Assembly (NCBI GenBank): GCA_963796275.1
Contig: CAWCKY010000006.1
Coordinates: forward strand, 2,848,001-2,912,000
Source: an uncultured Acidobacteriota bacterium
Lineage (GTDB): Bacteria > Acidobacteriota > Blastocatellia > RBC074
Length of the DNA: 64,000 nt
Direction of reading: 5' to 3'
This document shows positions 62,038 to 64,000 of the stretch, piece by piece (position 1 is the first letter of the stretch; each line of letters opens with the position of its first letter). The position numbers and the translations under genes are program-made. Below the pieces are notes generated by a model. That model worked only from the letters and a program-made list of their open reading frames with translations, had not been told where the DNA came from and ran no database searches.

Positions 62038-63402
62038 ATGAAACGAGTTTTAGTCATTTTTCTCTTCTCCTATAGCGTGATGCTGTTTATGGCACACACA
62101 ATTCAGGCTGAGGCTGGAGCAGAAAGTGGAGATGCAGAGGGCGCCGGGCATGGACTGGATCCCACGGTGCTGGTCGGCATTGCAGTAATCCTGATCGTCG
62201 CCAAGCTTAGCGGGGAACTATTTGAAAGGTTCCGGCAACCCGCCGTGCTGGGCGAACTCCTTGGCGGCATCATCCTCGGCAACCTGGCGCTCTTCGGCTT
62301 CACTGCCGCTGAACCGTTAAAGAATCACGAGGTGATCGGCGCGTTGGCTGAGATCGGGGTGATTATTCTGCTGTTTGAAGTCGGATTGGAGTCGAATCTC
62401 GGCGAGATGATGGAAGTCGGCTGGTCATCGCTGCTGGTCGCCGCAGCAGGTGTGATTGCGCCTTTTTTACTGGGGTGGGGCGTAGCTGCTTATTATCTGG
62501 CCGGTGAGTCTCAACTCGGGCATATTTTTATCGGTGCGACCCTCTGCGCGACGAGCGTCGGCATCACGGCGCGTGTTCTGAAGGATATGGGTCAGTTGCA
62601 GACGCGTGAATCCCGCATCATCCTTGGTGCTGCTGTTATTGATGATGTCATGGGGCTGTTGATTCTAGCCGTGGTGGCGGGCGCAATCAAAGCAGCAGCC
62701 TTAGGAGCAACTCTTTCATTTCTCAGTATTACGATCATTGCGGCCAAGGCCCTGGTCTTTCTAGCTGGCGCTATCGCCGTCGGCCACTACATCGTGCCAC
62801 ACGTCTTTCACCACGCCGGCCGTTTGGTGAGTCGTGGCGTATTGCTCGCCCTGGCAATTGCTTTCTGTTTTCTTCTCGCGTGGCTAGCCTCGCTGGTCGG
62901 ACTTGCACCGATTGTCGGCGCATTCGCTGCGGGACTGGTGCTGGATGAAGCACATTTTGAATCATTCCGTGATCACGGAGAGCAGCGGCTGGATGAACTG
63001 CTCAAACCGGTCAGTACGCTGTTGGTTCCCATCTTTTTCGTACTCATGGGTCTCAAGGTTGATCTCCGCGCCTTCGCCAACCCAGAGTTGCTGGGATTCG
63101 CTGCCGTACTGACGTTGGCGGCAGTGATCGGCAAACAGGTCTGTTCGCTCGCAGTGTTGGAGCGCCAGATCAATCGCCTTGCCATCGGATTGGGCATGAT
63201 CCCGCGCGGCGAAGTGGGATTGATCTTCGCCGGCATCGGAGCGACGCTTACGCTGCCGAATGCACAAGGCGTCAGCGAGCCGGTCATTGGTGCGGCGACT
63301 TTCGGTGCAGTCGTCATCATGGTCATTATTACCACGCTCGTTACGCCTCCTGCGCTCAAGTGGGCGCTTCAGCGCTCAAAATCGGTTACGAGAGTGCCGT
63401 AG
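62038..63402 (+). CDS. Cation:proton antiporter (CPA2), close paralog of 13161..14519
   Basis: Same motifs, plus a shared LPNAQGVxEPVI insertion. Confidence 0.92.
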   Translation: MKRVLVIFLFSYSVMLFMAHTIQAEAGAESGDAEGAGHGLDPTVLVGIAVILIVAKLSGELFERFRQPAVLGELLGGIILGNLALFGFTAAEPLKNHEVIGALAEIGVIILLFEVGLESNLGEMMEVGWSSLLVAAAGVIAPFLLGWGVAAYYLAGESQLGHIFIGATLCATSVGITARVLKDMGQLQTRESRIILGAAVIDDVMGLLILAVVAGAIKAAALGATLSFLSITIIAAKALVFLAGAIAVGHYIVPHVFHHAGRLVSRGVLLALAIAFCFLLAWLASLVGLAPIVGAFAAGLVLDEAHFESFRDHGEQRLDELLKPVSTLLVPIFFVLMGLKVDLRAFANPELLGFAAVLTLAAVIGKQVCSLAVLERQINRLAIGLGMIPRGEVGLIFAGIGATLTLPNAQGVSEPVIGAATFGAVVIMVIITTLVTPPALKWALQRSKSVTRVP

Positions 63403-64000
63403 CTGACTCTCCTTGCAACCTGGCCAGGTCCTCATCCAACTTCACATTCAACTCCTGATAAACCTCTTCTGAGAGCAACCCCTCGCGCAGCAGCGAGGCA
63501 AGGCGCGCTTTTTTCTCATTGATGAGGTGATGCTGTAAGCGGCGTCGTTGTTGTTCTACAACATTGCTGCCGGCATCCAATTCTCCCAACCGCCGGCTCA
63601 GTTCATGCTGCGACTGAGTCAGGTCGGCATGTAACGCCTTGTAAACTTCTTCAGCCACCATCCCTCGACTTCGCAGGTCATCCAGTTCAGTGACGGCGGC
63701 GTTCTCAGCCAGGAGTTGCCCTTGCAATAGTTCATACGTCATGAGGCTGGGATCACGTTTGATGAGCCGGAGGCGTTTCAAAAGTGGTGAAATCGTCAAT
63801 CCCTGCACGAGCAGACTGAAGATCACCGCCCCGAAAACCATGACTACCAATTCGGGGCGCCCGGGCAGAGTAGTCGGCAGGCTCAGCACCAGCGCGATCG
63901 ATAATGATCCGCGCAAACCACCCCAGAACAAGATGTGTTGCCACCGCCAGGATATCCGCTCGCTGAAGCGATTGACGATCGGCATCAGGCCGTACACGCT
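63386..64000 (-). CDS. CPA1/NhaP-type Na+/H+ antiporter, C-terminal part (partial at window edge)
   Basis: WGGLRGSLSIALVL, SLLVQGLT. Confidence 0.88.
   Translation of the reverse strand, partial: SVYGLMPIVNRFSERISWRWQHILFWGGLRGSLSIALVLSLPTTLPGRPELVVMVFGAVIFSLLVQGLTISPLLKRLRLIKRDPSLMTYELLQGQLLAENAAVTELDDLRSRGMVAEEVYKALHADLTQSQHELSRRLGELDAGSNVVEQQRRRLQHHLINEKKARLASLLREGLLSEEVYQELNVKLDEDLARLQGESATALS

Noticed and set aside
1-64000. CRISPR array, tRNA/rRNA, integrase or transposase
   Set aside because: No regularly spaced repeats, cloverleaf structures or recombinase motifs were seen

Overview
Bacterial chromosomal segment, probably Acidobacteriota and possibly Blastocatellia (inferred from the acidobacterial-type M48, VWA and OmpA-N-terminal protein families). 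I found no rRNA, tRNA, CRISPR array or intact mobile element. The first ~53 kb is a dense stress and compatible-solute region: glucosylglycerate-type gpgS plus two mpgP-like phosphatases, glgC, treZ-GH57-glgE-treS/mak-glgB, treY, two MscS channels, cation/H+ antiporters, two universal stress proteins, two PRC-barrel proteins, a baeRF-family protein, an accessory mreB-pbp2 pair and a CpoB-like gene. About 14 intergenic regions carry a sigma-54 (-24/-12) promoter. Most are paired with tandem 17-bp TGTnnCA-N3-TGnnACA-like sites, and an HK/NtrC-family pair sits inside the region. This reads as one sigma-54-controlled desiccation/osmotic programme, scattered with deletion remnants and single-base frameshifts. 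The last ~10 kb holds an iodotyrosine-deiodinase-like nitroreductase, a DUF1223 protein, a vanadium haloperoxidase, a probable selenoprotein (in-frame UGA in a UxxC motif plus a SECIS-like hairpin) that the ORF track splits in two, a TetR-ABC operon and more antiporters. All family calls come from motif recognition by eye, without database searches.
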